This document shows positions 40,336 to 50,492 of a stretch of DNA of 64,000 bases, in pieces (within the stretch, counting starts at the first letter, position 1; each line of letters opens with the position of its first letter). The DNA comes from Chitinivibrionales bacterium (GTDB lineage: Bacteria > Fibrobacterota > Chitinivibrionia > Chitinivibrionales > WJKA01): assembly GCA_038247415.1 (NCBI GenBank), contig JBBRUX010000007.1:32001-96000 (forward strand), given 5' to 3'. Both the position numbers and the translations under genes were made by a program. The notes below the pieces were generated by a model that saw only the letters and a list, made by a program, of their open reading frames with translations, was not told where the DNA came from and searched no databases.

Positions 40336-40584
40336 ATGATCACCAATAAAATCATATCAGCAAAACCATTGCCTCACCATCGCGTTGAAGTAGTATTCAA
40401 AAATGGTGCCCATGGGATTTTCGATTGTACGCCCTATCTTGAAGAAGGCGTGTTTAGGCAACTTCAAGATGAACAAGTTTTCCGGTCAGTTCGCGTGGAT
40501 TATGGGACATTGGTGTGGCCTGGAGAGATTGATATTGCTCCGGATACCATTGAAGCGGAATTACTGCATGATCAAGTGACTTAG
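40336..40584 (+). CDS. DUF2442 domain antitoxin
   Basis: VFKNG..FD, GVFRQL, GTLVWPGEIDIAPD. Confidence 0.85.
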   Translation: MITNKIISAKPLPHHRVEVVFKNGAHGIFDCTPYLEEGVFRQLQDEQVFRSVRVDYGTLVWPGEIDIAPDTIEAELLHDQVT

Positions 40585-40589
40585 ATTGT

Positions 40590-41470
40590 CATTTCCCTTT
40601 CGCGAACAAAAGATTTTATTGGCGAATCCTCCTGTGGAGTTGCAAATTCGTTTCAGGAAAATGGCTGAAGCGTCGGAATCATTCACTTGCCAACGGCCAA
40701 TATTTGACTGGCCGCGCCGGTACCGGCTGCTCGTAGGCACCGGGCGATTATTTATCTCGCACCAGTCGAACCGAGAAACCGCAAAACTTGTCGTAGTAGT
40801 GCCTGTCAATGGAGTTGTACAAAGCGCCAAACGTGGCCTCGTTTGCTGCGCCATCATTGCTATAAAAGCAGTAGCCTGGTGTCGTCAGAGCTACCCGCAT
40901 CTGTCAATCGTGCACTTTTCTTGAGCGTCGCACGTGCTCCTGTAAAGCATCGGGTGCTCAGGGTAATGGAATTACTGTCCAGAGACTCAACAGGGATCCC
41001 TTCAAGAGCCCCGGTTTTTGGATCGCAGAAAAAACCCATGGCAAAATGACCAGCCGGAAGCTTTATGGGAATTTTTATGCTCATATCATTGGCTGCATAC
41101 TCACCCCCGTAGGTCACCGAAATAAGCGGTGTAAGAAAAGTAACGTTTGGCCCGAGAGTATGTTTGATAATTTCGGAATAGGAGACGGTAAATGTTTGTG
41201 TCTGGGCGAATGAGTTGGCCGGGACATATATTTAATCCACGAAGCGGGTTTGCAGCTTGGGCAACGGTAATATTTCCCCCTGTTACGTCAATTGAAGTTG
41301 TCGAAAGTAGTATCGAAGGGGTGGTTTCGATAACCGGACTGGTTGGAATGGTATCGGTCGATCGGGGGTTGACAAGATCATCCTTCTCGGTACACGTTAA
41401 AAATTAAAACGGCATTAAAAAGAGAACAATAAAAGCAATTTGGTAATACTGTTGTTTCAAATAACTCCAT
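40590..41470 (-). pseudogene. Fragmented secreted lipoprotein remnant
   Basis: FLTCTEKDD lipoprotein-like start, GGNITV, MGFFCDPKTGALEG pieces in different frames; boundaries approximate. Confidence 0.45.
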
Positions 41471-41750
41471 TATTTGAGGCTCATTCAAAATTCGTTGCGG
41501 CGGGATAAATTTACGCCCATTTTGCTCTGCCGTCCTCTGCTGACGGGCTCTTCCGGCCACACCACTTTCTAGAAAATAACTGTTGTGATGCCTAAAATCA
41601 ACGAAAAAGGCAGAGGAGCATGAGCCTAAGCGCTGCGTATTTGCGATGTATGGAAAATAGGAAATGCAGAAGTTCATCTGCTTAAAAAACATTCAAATTG
41701 ATTGAAGGTGTGCTGAGTTGAACATCTGATATTTACAAGCTCGAGGCTAT

Positions 41751-41765
41751 TGCAAATAAATTGCA
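41751..41765. promoter_or_regulatory. Candidate Zur box
   Basis: TGCAA-ATAAA-TTGCA palindrome 45 bp before the fur-family gene heading a Zn uptake operon. Confidence 0.65.
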
Positions 41766-41810
41766 TTAGCAACTCAGCAGCAATTATTTTATTATGCAGG
41801 AGAATTTCTT

Positions 41811-42257
41811 ATGACTGCCGATCCGAATTTCATAGAAAACCACCTTTCAATTTTACGAAATCAAGGCTGCAGGATTACCCCTATTGTAACTGCGGTTCTC
41901 AATCATTTATGCGGGAATCACAAGGTTCGGACTGCAAGTGAGCTTCAGCTTGAAATCAGTAGCAGTCTGGGTTATGAAGTGGGTAGTCCCACGGTATACA
42001 GAATTTGCGAACGATTGGCTAAAAGCGGCGTGCTTTGCTCAATGCACAGCTCAGACGGAATCATGCGTTATTTTATCTGTGGCAATCCCGGCAATGTCAA
42101 CCATCTGCATTTTATTTGTACTCGGTGCAAAGAAGTTCAAGAAGTTGAATGCCGTATCAATGAGCAAATAACAGCCCATGTCAAATCGAAATTAGGAGCA
42201 GTAGTGTCGGCTAATTTTGTTCAGGTTGAAGGGTTGTGTGAAGAGTGCAATGCATGA
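41811..42257 (+). CDS. zur: Fur-family regulator, probably Zur
   Basis: PTVYR, HLHFICTRC, GLCEEC; genomic context. Confidence 0.8.
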   Translation: MTADPNFIENHLSILRNQGCRITPIVTAVLNHLCGNHKVRTASELQLEISSSLGYEVGSPTVYRICERLAKSGVLCSMHSSDGIMRYFICGNPGNVNHLHFICTRCKEVQEVECRINEQITAHVKSKLGAVVSANFVQVEGLCEECNA

Positions 42258-42529
42258 AAAAACACATAAATAGTATCGCAAAAATAGGGCTGGCCTTTTA
42301 TCTGGCTCTTCTATTTGCAATAGTAATGCCCAATCACCACCACCAGGACAATACAGAACACGCTGATTGCGTGGTTTGCATAATCGCCAATCAACCTGCG
42401 CTGGTTGCCATAGCCATTGCTCTGGCCATTATAGTTAGTCTCCTTATCATCAGATTTGTTCTTCCTGTAACAATTTTTTTCTGCCAAACCCCCGTTTCGT
42501 TTCAATCCCGCGCGCCGCCACTTCTGTAA
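42254..42529 (+). CDS. DUF2946-like leader peptide with HHH, CxxC and C-terminal RAPP
   Basis: MPNHHHQDNTEHADCVVC...QSRAPPLL; ATGA overlap with zur stop. Confidence 0.8.
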   Translation: MKKHINSIAKIGLAFYLALLFAIVMPNHHHQDNTEHADCVVCIIANQPALVAIAIALAIIVSLLIIRFVLPVTIFFCQTPVSFQSRAPPLL

Positions 42530-42616
42530 GTTTTCAATCTATGATTCCTAATGCAGTGCCGCCTTTCTTCGAGGAGAGCGCGACGTTTCTATCTATTTAC
42601 ATAGTGGAGGATTGAT

Positions 42617-43681
42617 ATGTTTTCAAAATATTTGAACGTACTTGCTATTTTAATATTCATGTGTCAATTGTTGCCGTTTGAGGTCAAGGCTGGTGTAACA
42701 AATCCGGATCTTTCCGCAATCGGTCAGGTTATTGGAACGTATACAAATGATACCTTTGTCGAAGCGCACGATAAATTCGCACTCACACTCGGCGAAGCCG
42801 AAATTGTTCTCGATGCGTCACTCAATCCCTATTTCAATGGCGCATTCGTGCTTTCTATTGGCGAGGAAGGTATTGAAGTCGAAGAGGCGTATGCTTCAAT
42901 GATTCGGGGACTTCCATTAAACCTTGCTCTTAAAGCGGGTAAATATCGTTTGAATTTCGGCAAACTTAATCAGGTACATCCGCACGCATATCCATTCCTC
43001 CGGGCGCCACGGATACTTGCTCCTGATGGTGCAAAGCTCTTACCCGGCGAAGAAAGTTTCAATGACATTGCAGTTGAGGCATCTGCGTTGATTCCGGTTG
43101 TTGGGAGCTGGGCAACCATATTGTCAGCGGATTTCCTCGGAGGTGGATCGTTTCACCCCGAAGAACCAGCGATCGCTCAAGGATGGCTTGCGCATGTGTC
43201 AAATACATTCAGTATTGATCCGGCGAATTTCGATATTGGCGCATCGGCTACCCAGGGTATAAACAATGCTGCCGCAAAAACTCAGACGACGGTGATCGGT
43301 CTCGATGCAAAAGCAAAAATAGCGGTGACACCTGCCTATTCGTTGACTTTTGGAAGTGAGTATCTCTACAAGCTGGCGGAGATCGCGGATACTGCGGGTG
43401 TTAAAAGCCGAGATGATCGCTACGGGGTTTACGCATATGTCAACAACCAGTTTTTTACCCGGTATAATGTCGGAGTCCTTTACGAACAGTATCAGAATCC
43501 CGATGATCGCAACGTGATCGATCGGTCGATCAAACCGTTCGTGGGATTCGCTGTGCTTGAGGAAAGTACTCTGCTGAGGGCTTCCTACGAATACTTTATT
43601 GCAGGTAATGCTCAGAAGACAAGTACCGTTGAAGTGCAACTGCTGTTCAGCATGGGTCCCCATAAAGCGCACCATTTTTAA
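42617..43681 (+). CDS. Zinc-regulated outer-membrane porin-like protein
   Basis: NPDLS, VEEAY, FGKLNQVHPH, C-terminal GPHKAHHF. Confidence 0.75.
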   Translation: MFSKYLNVLAILIFMCQLLPFEVKAGVTNPDLSAIGQVIGTYTNDTFVEAHDKFALTLGEAEIVLDASLNPYFNGAFVLSIGEEGIEVEEAYASMIRGLPLNLALKAGKYRLNFGKLNQVHPHAYPFLRAPRILAPDGAKLLPGEESFNDIAVEASALIPVVGSWATILSADFLGGGSFHPEEPAIAQGWLAHVSNTFSIDPANFDIGASATQGINNAAAKTQTTVIGLDAKAKIAVTPAYSLTFGSEYLYKLAEIADTAGVKSRDDRYGVYAYVNNQFFTRYNVGVLYEQYQNPDDRNVIDRSIKPFVGFAVLEESTLLRASYEYFIAGNAQKTSTVEVQLLFSMGPHKAHHF

Positions 43682-43705
43682 CATTCATCAATAGGAGAGA
43701 ATATC

Positions 43706-44605
43706 ATGAAATCATTTTCAAGAAACGTATGGTCACGTGCTATCGGGGCTTTGCTTCTGATCGTTTCGAGCGGCAGTGCCGCGATTCGTGTCGTTGCAGC
43801 AACACCCGATCTCGGATCGATTGCGGCATACATTGGGGCTGACAAAGTGGAGGTTTCGTCGATTGCCAAGGCAAACTCCAACCCGCACTCTGTTGAAGTA
43901 TTCCCCTCATTCATGGCGAAAGTATCTCAGGCCGCTATCTACCTCAAATCTGGTTTGGGGCTTGATCAGTGGTCCGATGCTATAATCGACGGTTCCCGAA
44001 ACAATAAACTGCGAGTCGTTGATTGCGCAAACGGTGTTGCTGTTCTTGAGAAGCCGACCAAAGTTGACGCATCCATGGGCGATGTTCATCCATTTGGCAA
44101 TCCACATTACTGGCTCGATCCGCGAAACGGCATTATTGCCGGTCAGAATATCCTCGGTGCGCTGAAGTCCGCAGACCCTTCCAATGCATCCCTTTACGAA
44201 AGTAATTTCGCAACATTTAAAACAGAATGCGAAAGAAAATTTTCAGGATGGCAAACGACCATGAAACCACTCGCAGGCAGAAAAATCATTACCTACCATT
44301 CCTCATGGGCCTATTTTGCCAATGCATTTCAGTTATCTATTATCGAGCATATTGAACCGTTCCCCGGCATTCCTCCTACGGGAAATCATCTTGCTCAACT
44401 TGTCGATGTAATCAAAAAGGAGAATGTCGCATTAATTCTTCAAGAACCTTACTTTCCGGATGATGCTCCGAAATTTCTGAATCGTCAAACAGGTATCAAA
44501 ATATTCAAGTGCGCTCCATCCTGCTCTGATGTTAAACCTTCGGCGTATCTAATGCATTTTAACGAAATTATTAGTCAACTATCGACCGTTGCCGGAGACA
44601 AATAA
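43706..44605 (+). CDS. Metal ABC substrate-binding protein
   Basis: NPHSVE, GDVHPFGNPHYWLDP, YHSSW. Confidence 0.9.
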   Translation: MKSFSRNVWSRAIGALLLIVSSGSAAIRVVAATPDLGSIAAYIGADKVEVSSIAKANSNPHSVEVFPSFMAKVSQAAIYLKSGLGLDQWSDAIIDGSRNNKLRVVDCANGVAVLEKPTKVDASMGDVHPFGNPHYWLDPRNGIIAGQNILGALKSADPSNASLYESNFATFKTECERKFSGWQTTMKPLAGRKIITYHSSWAYFANAFQLSIIEHIEPFPGIPPTGNHLAQLVDVIKKENVALILQEPYFPDDAPKFLNRQTGIKIFKCAPSCSDVKPSAYLMHFNEIISQLSTVAGDK

Positions 44606-44606
44606 A

Positions 44607-45449
44607 ATGATGCTGTTCCACTACTCATTCATGCTGCCTGCGCTTGTTGTCTGCCTTATTTTGGCCGGGATTCATACCTATTTCGGGTATCATATCGTGC
44701 GTCGAGGGGTTATCTTTGTTGATCTCTCGTTATCACAAATCGCAGCCCTTGGCGCATGCGTTGCCCTGCTGCTGGGATGGGGAGAAAACGATCCAGGCAA
44801 AGCGTTTGTTATGAGTTTGGCCTTTACTTTTGGTGGTGCAGTCCTATTCGCATTACTGAGAAGAAGTCAGAAAATTGTTCCAATGGAAGCGCTCATCGGT
44901 ATTGCCTACGCCGGAGCGATTGCCGTATCGCTGCTTTTGTTGGAAAAATCAGCAACCGGAACGGAACATATCAAGGAGATGTTGGTGGGAACCATTCTCA
45001 CGGTTTCTTGGTATGATGTCATCCAGCTTGGTGCGATTGTTCTGGTTGTAGGGATAATTCATGCCGTGTTCTTTAAACGATTTCTTCATTTATCGGAAAA
45101 TGCTGATTCTACCGGCAAAGGGCAAGCGGGAATCCTGTTGTGGGACATTATCTTTTATGCGACCTTCGGCATTGTCGTGACGTCATCTGTCAAGATTGCC
45201 GGTGTTGTGCTCATTTTTTCTTTGCTGACTATCCCGGCGGTTACGGCCATGATCTGCAGCGCAGGTACGATTCGGCGTATTGTATTGGGTTGGATTTTTG
45301 GTCTTGCTGGATGCATGCTTGGATTAGAACTTTCCCTCCGGATTGACTCTGCGGCAGGGCCATCGATCATCACGACGTTGCTGGCGATAATGCTGCTGGT
45401 CGCCGCTATCAGTCCAATGATGAGAAGAATTCGGGCTGGGGGTAAATGA
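44607..45449 (+). CDS. Metal ABC permease (ABC-3)
   Basis: GYHIVRRGVIFVDLSLSQ, EALIG, GVVLIFSLL. Confidence 0.9.
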   Translation: MMLFHYSFMLPALVVCLILAGIHTYFGYHIVRRGVIFVDLSLSQIAALGACVALLLGWGENDPGKAFVMSLAFTFGGAVLFALLRRSQKIVPMEALIGIAYAGAIAVSLLLLEKSATGTEHIKEMLVGTILTVSWYDVIQLGAIVLVVGIIHAVFFKRFLHLSENADSTGKGQAGILLWDIIFYATFGIVVTSSVKIAGVVLIFSLLTIPAVTAMICSAGTIRRIVLGWIFGLAGCMLGLELSLRIDSAAGPSIITTLLAIMLLVAAISPMMRRIRAGGK

Positions 45450-45500
45450 GGCTTGGGAAGCATTATGTATCACAATCAACACTTTTAAAAGGATATTTTC

Positions 45501-46379
45501 ATGAATCGGATTTTTCGTTTCGGGTTGCTCGTAATGACTATTGCCGCAGCACTATGGGCAAATGATGCAGCAAAACAAAATGATCGCATTATCCTTGCCT
45601 CGTTTTATCCTATGTACATCACTACTCTCAACGTAGCGCAGGGCGTGCCTGGTGTCAATGTTGTCAATATGACAAAACCGCAAACCGGTTGTCTGCATGA
45701 TTATCAAGTGACGCCTCAGGATATGAAGACAATTTCCACTGCATGGGCATTTGTTGCAAATGGCGCAGGCATGGAATCGTTCATTGACAAAGCTGTTAAG
45801 CAGTCACCACAGCTGAACGTCATTGATGCGAGTAAAGGAATCGAGTTGATAAAAGGTGATGGTGAAGAAGGGGATAATCCGCATGTATGGGTATCAGTCT
45901 CGTCGGCAATTGACCAGGTAAAAAATGTGGCAGAGGGATTGTCGGTAATTGATACTGCAAATGCCGCAAAATACCGTGTCAACGCCGACGTCTATATTGT
46001 CAGGTTGCAAGAGCTCCGGAAGAAAATGCATGAAGGTCTCGCGAGTATCTCTTCTCGCGACATTATCACTTTTCACGAGGCTTTTCCCTATTTCGCGAAA
46101 GAGTTCAATCTTACTATCGTAGCGGTAATTGAGCGTGAGCCCGGTTCCGAACCGAGCGCAGGAGAACTTGCCGAAACAGTAAAGATTGTCAAATCGCATA
46201 AGGTTAAAGCCCTCTTTGCAGAACCGCAATATCCTGCAAAGGCGGCACAGACCATTGCGCGCGAGACAGGCGCAAAGCTCCATGTCCTTGATCCGGCAGT
46301 GACAGGTTCTGCCACGCCCGACGCTTACATCCGGATAATGGAATCGAATCTTGCTGTGCTGCAGGAAGCCCTGAAATAG
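45501..46379 (+). CDS. znuA: Zinc ABC substrate-binding protein
   Basis: SFYPMY, GCLHDYQ, NPHVW, FHEAFPYF. Confidence 0.85.
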   Translation: MNRIFRFGLLVMTIAAALWANDAAKQNDRIILASFYPMYITTLNVAQGVPGVNVVNMTKPQTGCLHDYQVTPQDMKTISTAWAFVANGAGMESFIDKAVKQSPQLNVIDASKGIELIKGDGEEGDNPHVWVSVSSAIDQVKNVAEGLSVIDTANAAKYRVNADVYIVRLQELRKKMHEGLASISSRDIITFHEAFPYFAKEFNLTIVAVIEREPGSEPSAGELAETVKIVKSHKVKALFAEPQYPAKAAQTIARETGAKLHVLDPAVTGSATPDAYIRIMESNLAVLQEALK

Positions 46380-46386
46380 AGGTTTA

Positions 46387-47208
46387 ATGATGAAAGACAA
46401 TAATCAAAATGCCAACCCTGGTCTCGTGTGCGGCGCATGCTGCACTCGTCTTGAAAACGTCGGGGTATCATTTGGAAAGAATGAGGTGCTTAAGGGGATT
46501 AATCTGCATATCCACTGCGGGCAACTCGCGGCGATCATTGGGCCAAATGGCGCGGGAAAAACAACGTTGTTCCGAGCTATCCTTGGCGAAATTCCATACA
46601 CCGGAACTATCCACAATGAATTGTCTGATGTTAAAAGCATGCGTAAATTGACGATGGGGTATGTGCCGCAGCGGCTGGATTTCGATGCATCGTCCCCGGT
46701 GTCGGTACTCGACCTGTTTTCGGCATCACTCTCATCCCGTCCTGTCTGGTTGGGCCATAGTTCAATTGTAAAAAACCAGGCAATTCACGCTTTGGAAAGT
46801 GTAGATGCAAAACACCTTATTCATGCCCGGCTGGGGACTCTTTCCGGTGGGCAACTTCAACGGGTGCTTCTTGCCCTGGCACTTACGCCAATTCCAGACC
46901 TGTTGCTGCTGGATGAGCCGGTTTCGGGCGTTGACCCGTCGGGCATAGAACTGTTCTATCGCATGGTGTCGGAACTCAGGCGAACCTATCATCTGGCAGT
47001 GCTCCTTATTTCACACGACTGCGCAATCGCCGGCCGCTATGCAGACCGAATGCTTTTTCTTAATCAAGCAGTACTCTGCGACGGGAAGCCAGCAGATGTT
47101 CTACGCAACGATATCGTTGTGAAGACATTTGGATCGATTGCAGTAACGGATCTTCCACGAACTAACGAGCCGTCTCCTGTCTGCGATATAACTGGCAAGG
47201 AGGTATAA
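46387..47208 (+). CDS. znuC: Zinc ABC ATP-binding protein
   Basis: GPNGAGKT, GYVPQ, LSGGQ, LLDEP. Confidence 0.9.
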   Translation: MMKDNNQNANPGLVCGACCTRLENVGVSFGKNEVLKGINLHIHCGQLAAIIGPNGAGKTTLFRAILGEIPYTGTIHNELSDVKSMRKLTMGYVPQRLDFDASSPVSVLDLFSASLSSRPVWLGHSSIVKNQAIHALESVDAKHLIHARLGTLSGGQLQRVLLALALTPIPDLLLLDEPVSGVDPSGIELFYRMVSELRRTYHLAVLLISHDCAIAGRYADRMLFLNQAVLCDGKPADVLRNDIVVKTFGSIAVTDLPRTNEPSPVCDITGKEV

Positions 47209-47210
47209 GC

Positions 47211-48050
47211 ATGCTGGTATGGACATCGCTGGTGTCGACGCTTCCCTTTGAGTGGGCACAATTCGGATTTATGCAAAACGCATTGCTGGCTGTGCTTATT
47301 GTTACACCACTTTTCGCATTCCTTGGTTGCATGGTTATCAACAATCAGATGGCATTCTTCTCGGATGCGATCGGGCATTCCGCGCTTACCGGTATAGCGA
47401 TTGGAGTGATTGTTGGTCTTGCCAACCCTCTTTGGGCAATGGCGCTGTTTGCTTTACTGCTTGCGGTAGGAATCACCATTCTACGCCGCTACAGTGCCGC
47501 ATCAAGTGATACGGTAATCGGGATTGTCATGTCCTTCACTGTTGCGCTGGGTATTGTCATTTTGTCTCGTGGCGGCGGTTTCAACCGGTATTCGAGATAT
47601 TTAATTGGAGACCTTCTCAGCATCACACCCGCTGAAATCGTTATGCTGTGTATCGTTACTGTTGTTTTCCTGACTATTTGGGTAACCCTGTTTAACCGGA
47701 TATTTCTCGTCTCTATCAATACGTCACTTGCACGCAGCAGAAAAATACCTGTCTGGATTACCCAGGGGTTGTTCGCATCGATCACTGCACTCATAGTTAC
47801 CCTGAGCATTCAATGGGTTGGAATCCTTGTGATAAACGCACTCATCATTCTCCCTGCAACTGCGTCGCGCAATGTGGCGAAATCCATGAAGGAATATCTC
47901 TGGTTTTCCGCGCTTATAAGCGTGATCGCGGGTGTTTCAGGGCTGATAGCATCGTACTATATGTCAACAGCCACCGGCGCTACGATAGTACTCTTTTCAA
48001 TGATATTCTACGTATGCTCCCTTATTGGCGGAAAGATACGGGGAAGATAG
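47211..48050 (+). CDS. znuB: Zinc ABC permease
   Basis: FMQNALL, FFSDAIGHSAL, YLIGD, VGILVINALII. Confidence 0.9.
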   Translation: MLVWTSLVSTLPFEWAQFGFMQNALLAVLIVTPLFAFLGCMVINNQMAFFSDAIGHSALTGIAIGVIVGLANPLWAMALFALLLAVGITILRRYSAASSDTVIGIVMSFTVALGIVILSRGGGFNRYSRYLIGDLLSITPAEIVMLCIVTVVFLTIWVTLFNRIFLVSINTSLARSRKIPVWITQGLFASITALIVTLSIQWVGILVINALIILPATASRNVAKSMKEYLWFSALISVIAGVSGLIASYYMSTATGATIVLFSMIFYVCSLIGGKIRGR

Positions 48051-48051
48051 G

Positions 48052-49053
48052 ATGCAAACGACCCTCAATGACCTAACCGTTCTTTTTCTCAGCATTCTGC
48101 TGGAGGCGCTCCCTTTTGTGCTACTTGGTTCTGTAATCGCTGCGGCCATCGGGATGTTCGTCTCAGAGAACCTTTTGTACAGGTTGATCCCGAAGAACCG
48201 GTTGGCGGGTCTGGTTGTCGTTTCTTTTATGGGTATCGCGTTTCCAGTGTGCGACTGCACCGTTATTCCCATCATGCGACGGCTGATCCGCAAAGGACTG
48301 CCGCCGTCCCTCGCAATAGCGTTCATGTGCAGTGTACCTATTGTAAATCCAGTAGTCATCGCCTCAACGTATTGGGCTTTTGCAGGTCAGCCGCATATAG
48401 TCTGGCTTCGCATGATAGTGGGATTGAGTACTGCAATCGCGGCTGGATTCATAGTGAGCAAAGTGACTCGCGATGTAAACCCGCTTCTTGATGAAGCACA
48501 CACAAAAATGCCGCAACACACCTGTTCGTGCGGTGAAGCGCATCATGACCACGCACACGTGCATGCAGGATGTGCATGTGGCAGCCATCATCATGACTCT
48601 ATTCATAAAAAGGCCGAAGAAACACGCTGGAATAGCCTATCCAATAAAGTGCATGGTTTCCTGGCCCATGTGACCAACGAGTTTATTGACAGCGCATCGC
48701 TCATCGTTATCGGTGCCTTTCTGTCAGCGGCGATCCAAATGCTCGTTCCCCGCACAATCATGTATCCGGTGGCCGCATCGCCGGTTGCCTCGGTTGCATC
48801 AATGATGGGATTTACCTGGTTGATTTCTCTTTGCGCAAACGCAGACGCATTTGTGGCAAAATCATTTTATGGACTTTTCACCACTGGTGCGGTAATAGCG
48901 TTTATGACATTCGGACAAATGATTGATTTGAAAAACACCATGGTAATGTTAGGTTTTTTCAAGAAAAGATTCATTGTCACCACCGTCATCATTATCAGCA
49001 TTCTATGCTTGATGTGGGGTGTCACCATCAATCTTTTAGGGAGGGGCGCATGA
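48052..49053 (+). CDS. DUF318 permease (YcgR-like) with His/Cys-rich loop
   Basis: LEALPF, PVCDC, HTCSCGEAHHDHAHVHAGCACGSHHH, SLCANADAF. Confidence 0.85.
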   Translation: MQTTLNDLTVLFLSILLEALPFVLLGSVIAAAIGMFVSENLLYRLIPKNRLAGLVVVSFMGIAFPVCDCTVIPIMRRLIRKGLPPSLAIAFMCSVPIVNPVVIASTYWAFAGQPHIVWLRMIVGLSTAIAAGFIVSKVTRDVNPLLDEAHTKMPQHTCSCGEAHHDHAHVHAGCACGSHHHDSIHKKAEETRWNSLSNKVHGFLAHVTNEFIDSASLIVIGAFLSAAIQMLVPRTIMYPVAASPVASVASMMGFTWLISLCANADAFVAKSFYGLFTTGAVIAFMTFGQMIDLKNTMVMLGFFKKRFIVTTVIIISILCLMWGVTINLLGRGA

Positions 49054-49811
49054 ACTTCAGCGAATTCAATAAGCATGCGCGGCTTCTGACTCTCGCATGC
49101 GTGTGCGTTGCATTATATGCGGTAATAAACTCGGGCAAGATTCTCCTGTTCCTGCATCCACGATCACTGCTGCTTATAAAAATCGGATGGATCGTTCTTG
49201 TCGCCTTGACCCTTAATGAATTGAAAACATTCCTGGGGCAAAACAGCAGAATAAAATTGGATTGGCGCTATTTCGCTCTCATGTTTCCGATTCTTGCAGT
49301 GCTGTATGTGAACCCGACTGGCCTTTCTTCTCGGATAGCCGTACAGAAGGGCGTTTCGTCCATGGCATTGACAGCAAATCGCAACACGCCACTTCCCCAA
49401 TGTCTTGTTAGAGATACTGCTGGGCCTGTTGCTTATACGATAAAAGATGATTCAATGTACGCGCAACTTGACCGTCTATATGCCGATCCTGTAAAGCATG
49501 TCGGAGAAATAATTACGATGTTAGGGTTTGTCGCACCTGATACAATCCTTGGGAGAAAGAGCTTCTTTCTTGCCCGAATGATGGTTGCTTGTTGCGCTGC
49601 CGATGGCATGCCCATAGGCTTTTATTGTGCTACCGATTCGACGATTGGAATCCATGAAAATGACTGGGTTATTTTGACAGGAAAGCTGGAAACCCGCTCG
49701 GTAAAGTTTCCCTGGAATACAGACAAAAAAACAATCCCGTTGCTTAAGATGATATCAGTGAAGAAAGCAACCAAACCACAAAATGAATATGTTTATCCGG
49801 TGGCGTATTGA
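49050..49811 (+). CDS. TIGR03943/DUF1980 (YcgQ-like) protein
   Basis: FLHPR, ARMMVACCAADG, DWVILTG. Confidence 0.85.
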   Translation: MNFSEFNKHARLLTLACVCVALYAVINSGKILLFLHPRSLLLIKIGWIVLVALTLNELKTFLGQNSRIKLDWRYFALMFPILAVLYVNPTGLSSRIAVQKGVSSMALTANRNTPLPQCLVRDTAGPVAYTIKDDSMYAQLDRLYADPVKHVGEIITMLGFVAPDTILGRKSFFLARMMVACCAADGMPIGFYCATDSTIGIHENDWVILTGKLETRSVKFPWNTDKKTIPLLKMISVKKATKPQNEYVYPVAY

Positions 49812-49818
49812 TAACAAT

Positions 49819-50031
49819 TCAATGCCATAGACTTGACAAAGATGTGAATGATTTACTGATGCACACACTGCCTGATTTGTCATCCAGAGCCGAAATTCTC
49901 CATGTCAGTCTGGGAGCTGTTTGGAACACGTTTCGCAGTGGAGATGTCTTGCTGGTGAATACAGAAAGCACTTCACTATTTCCGTTTTTGAAAAATGAGT
50001 AGGCATTCGTATCTATAAGAATTTTTTTCAT
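49819..50031 (-). pseudogene. VapC/PIN toxin N-terminal stub
   Basis: ILIDTNAYS then loss of PIN pattern after ~25 aa. Confidence 0.7.
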
Positions 50032-50285
50032 TGCCAATCAGCCTTGTCAATTTTTTCGAAATCTGATACTGCTGCATCAAACTGCTGTTTTTCTTTCGCA
50101 CTCCAGGTTCCGCATAACTCTTCGAACTGATGACGGTGTGGCTGAGAAACCTTTTTGGCAACGCCTAACGACTGCTCCAGGAGCTCTTTAATGATCTGGT
50201 TTATGCTATAACCGGCATTGTGAGCCCGTGTCTTGAGCAACTGGTAAACTGAATCATCGATACCGTGAATAGATAATGACCGCAT
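50028..50285 (-). CDS. FitA-like RHH antitoxin
   Basis: LSIHGIDD..LKTRA..SINQ..LCGTWS; overlaps vapC start. Confidence 0.75.
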   Translation of the reverse strand: MRSLSIHGIDDSVYQLLKTRAHNAGYSINQIIKELLEQSLGVAKKVSQPHRHQFEELCGTWSAKEKQQFDAAVSDFEKIDKADWQ

Positions 50286-50492
50286 AGTTCCTCCTATAAA
50301 AATCAGCATCATAAGTATACATCATTTTACGAACCATAATCAAAAATTTTGAATCACCATTAAACATCGTTAAACTTTCGATTAAACATGTAATAATCAT
50401 GATTCCTGATGGTTGCGGAATCGTACAGTCCTCTCTTTCCCGTTTGTTCAAGAATGCTCATTTCCACTCTTGAAATCGCTAAAGCATTATGT

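Noticed and set aside
41480..41600. Possible c-di-GMP-I riboswitch on minus strand (CCGTC/GACGG and GGCG/CGCC stems)
   Set aside because: Lacks the GGCAAAC, GNRA loop and GACGCAAA consensus; needs cmscan
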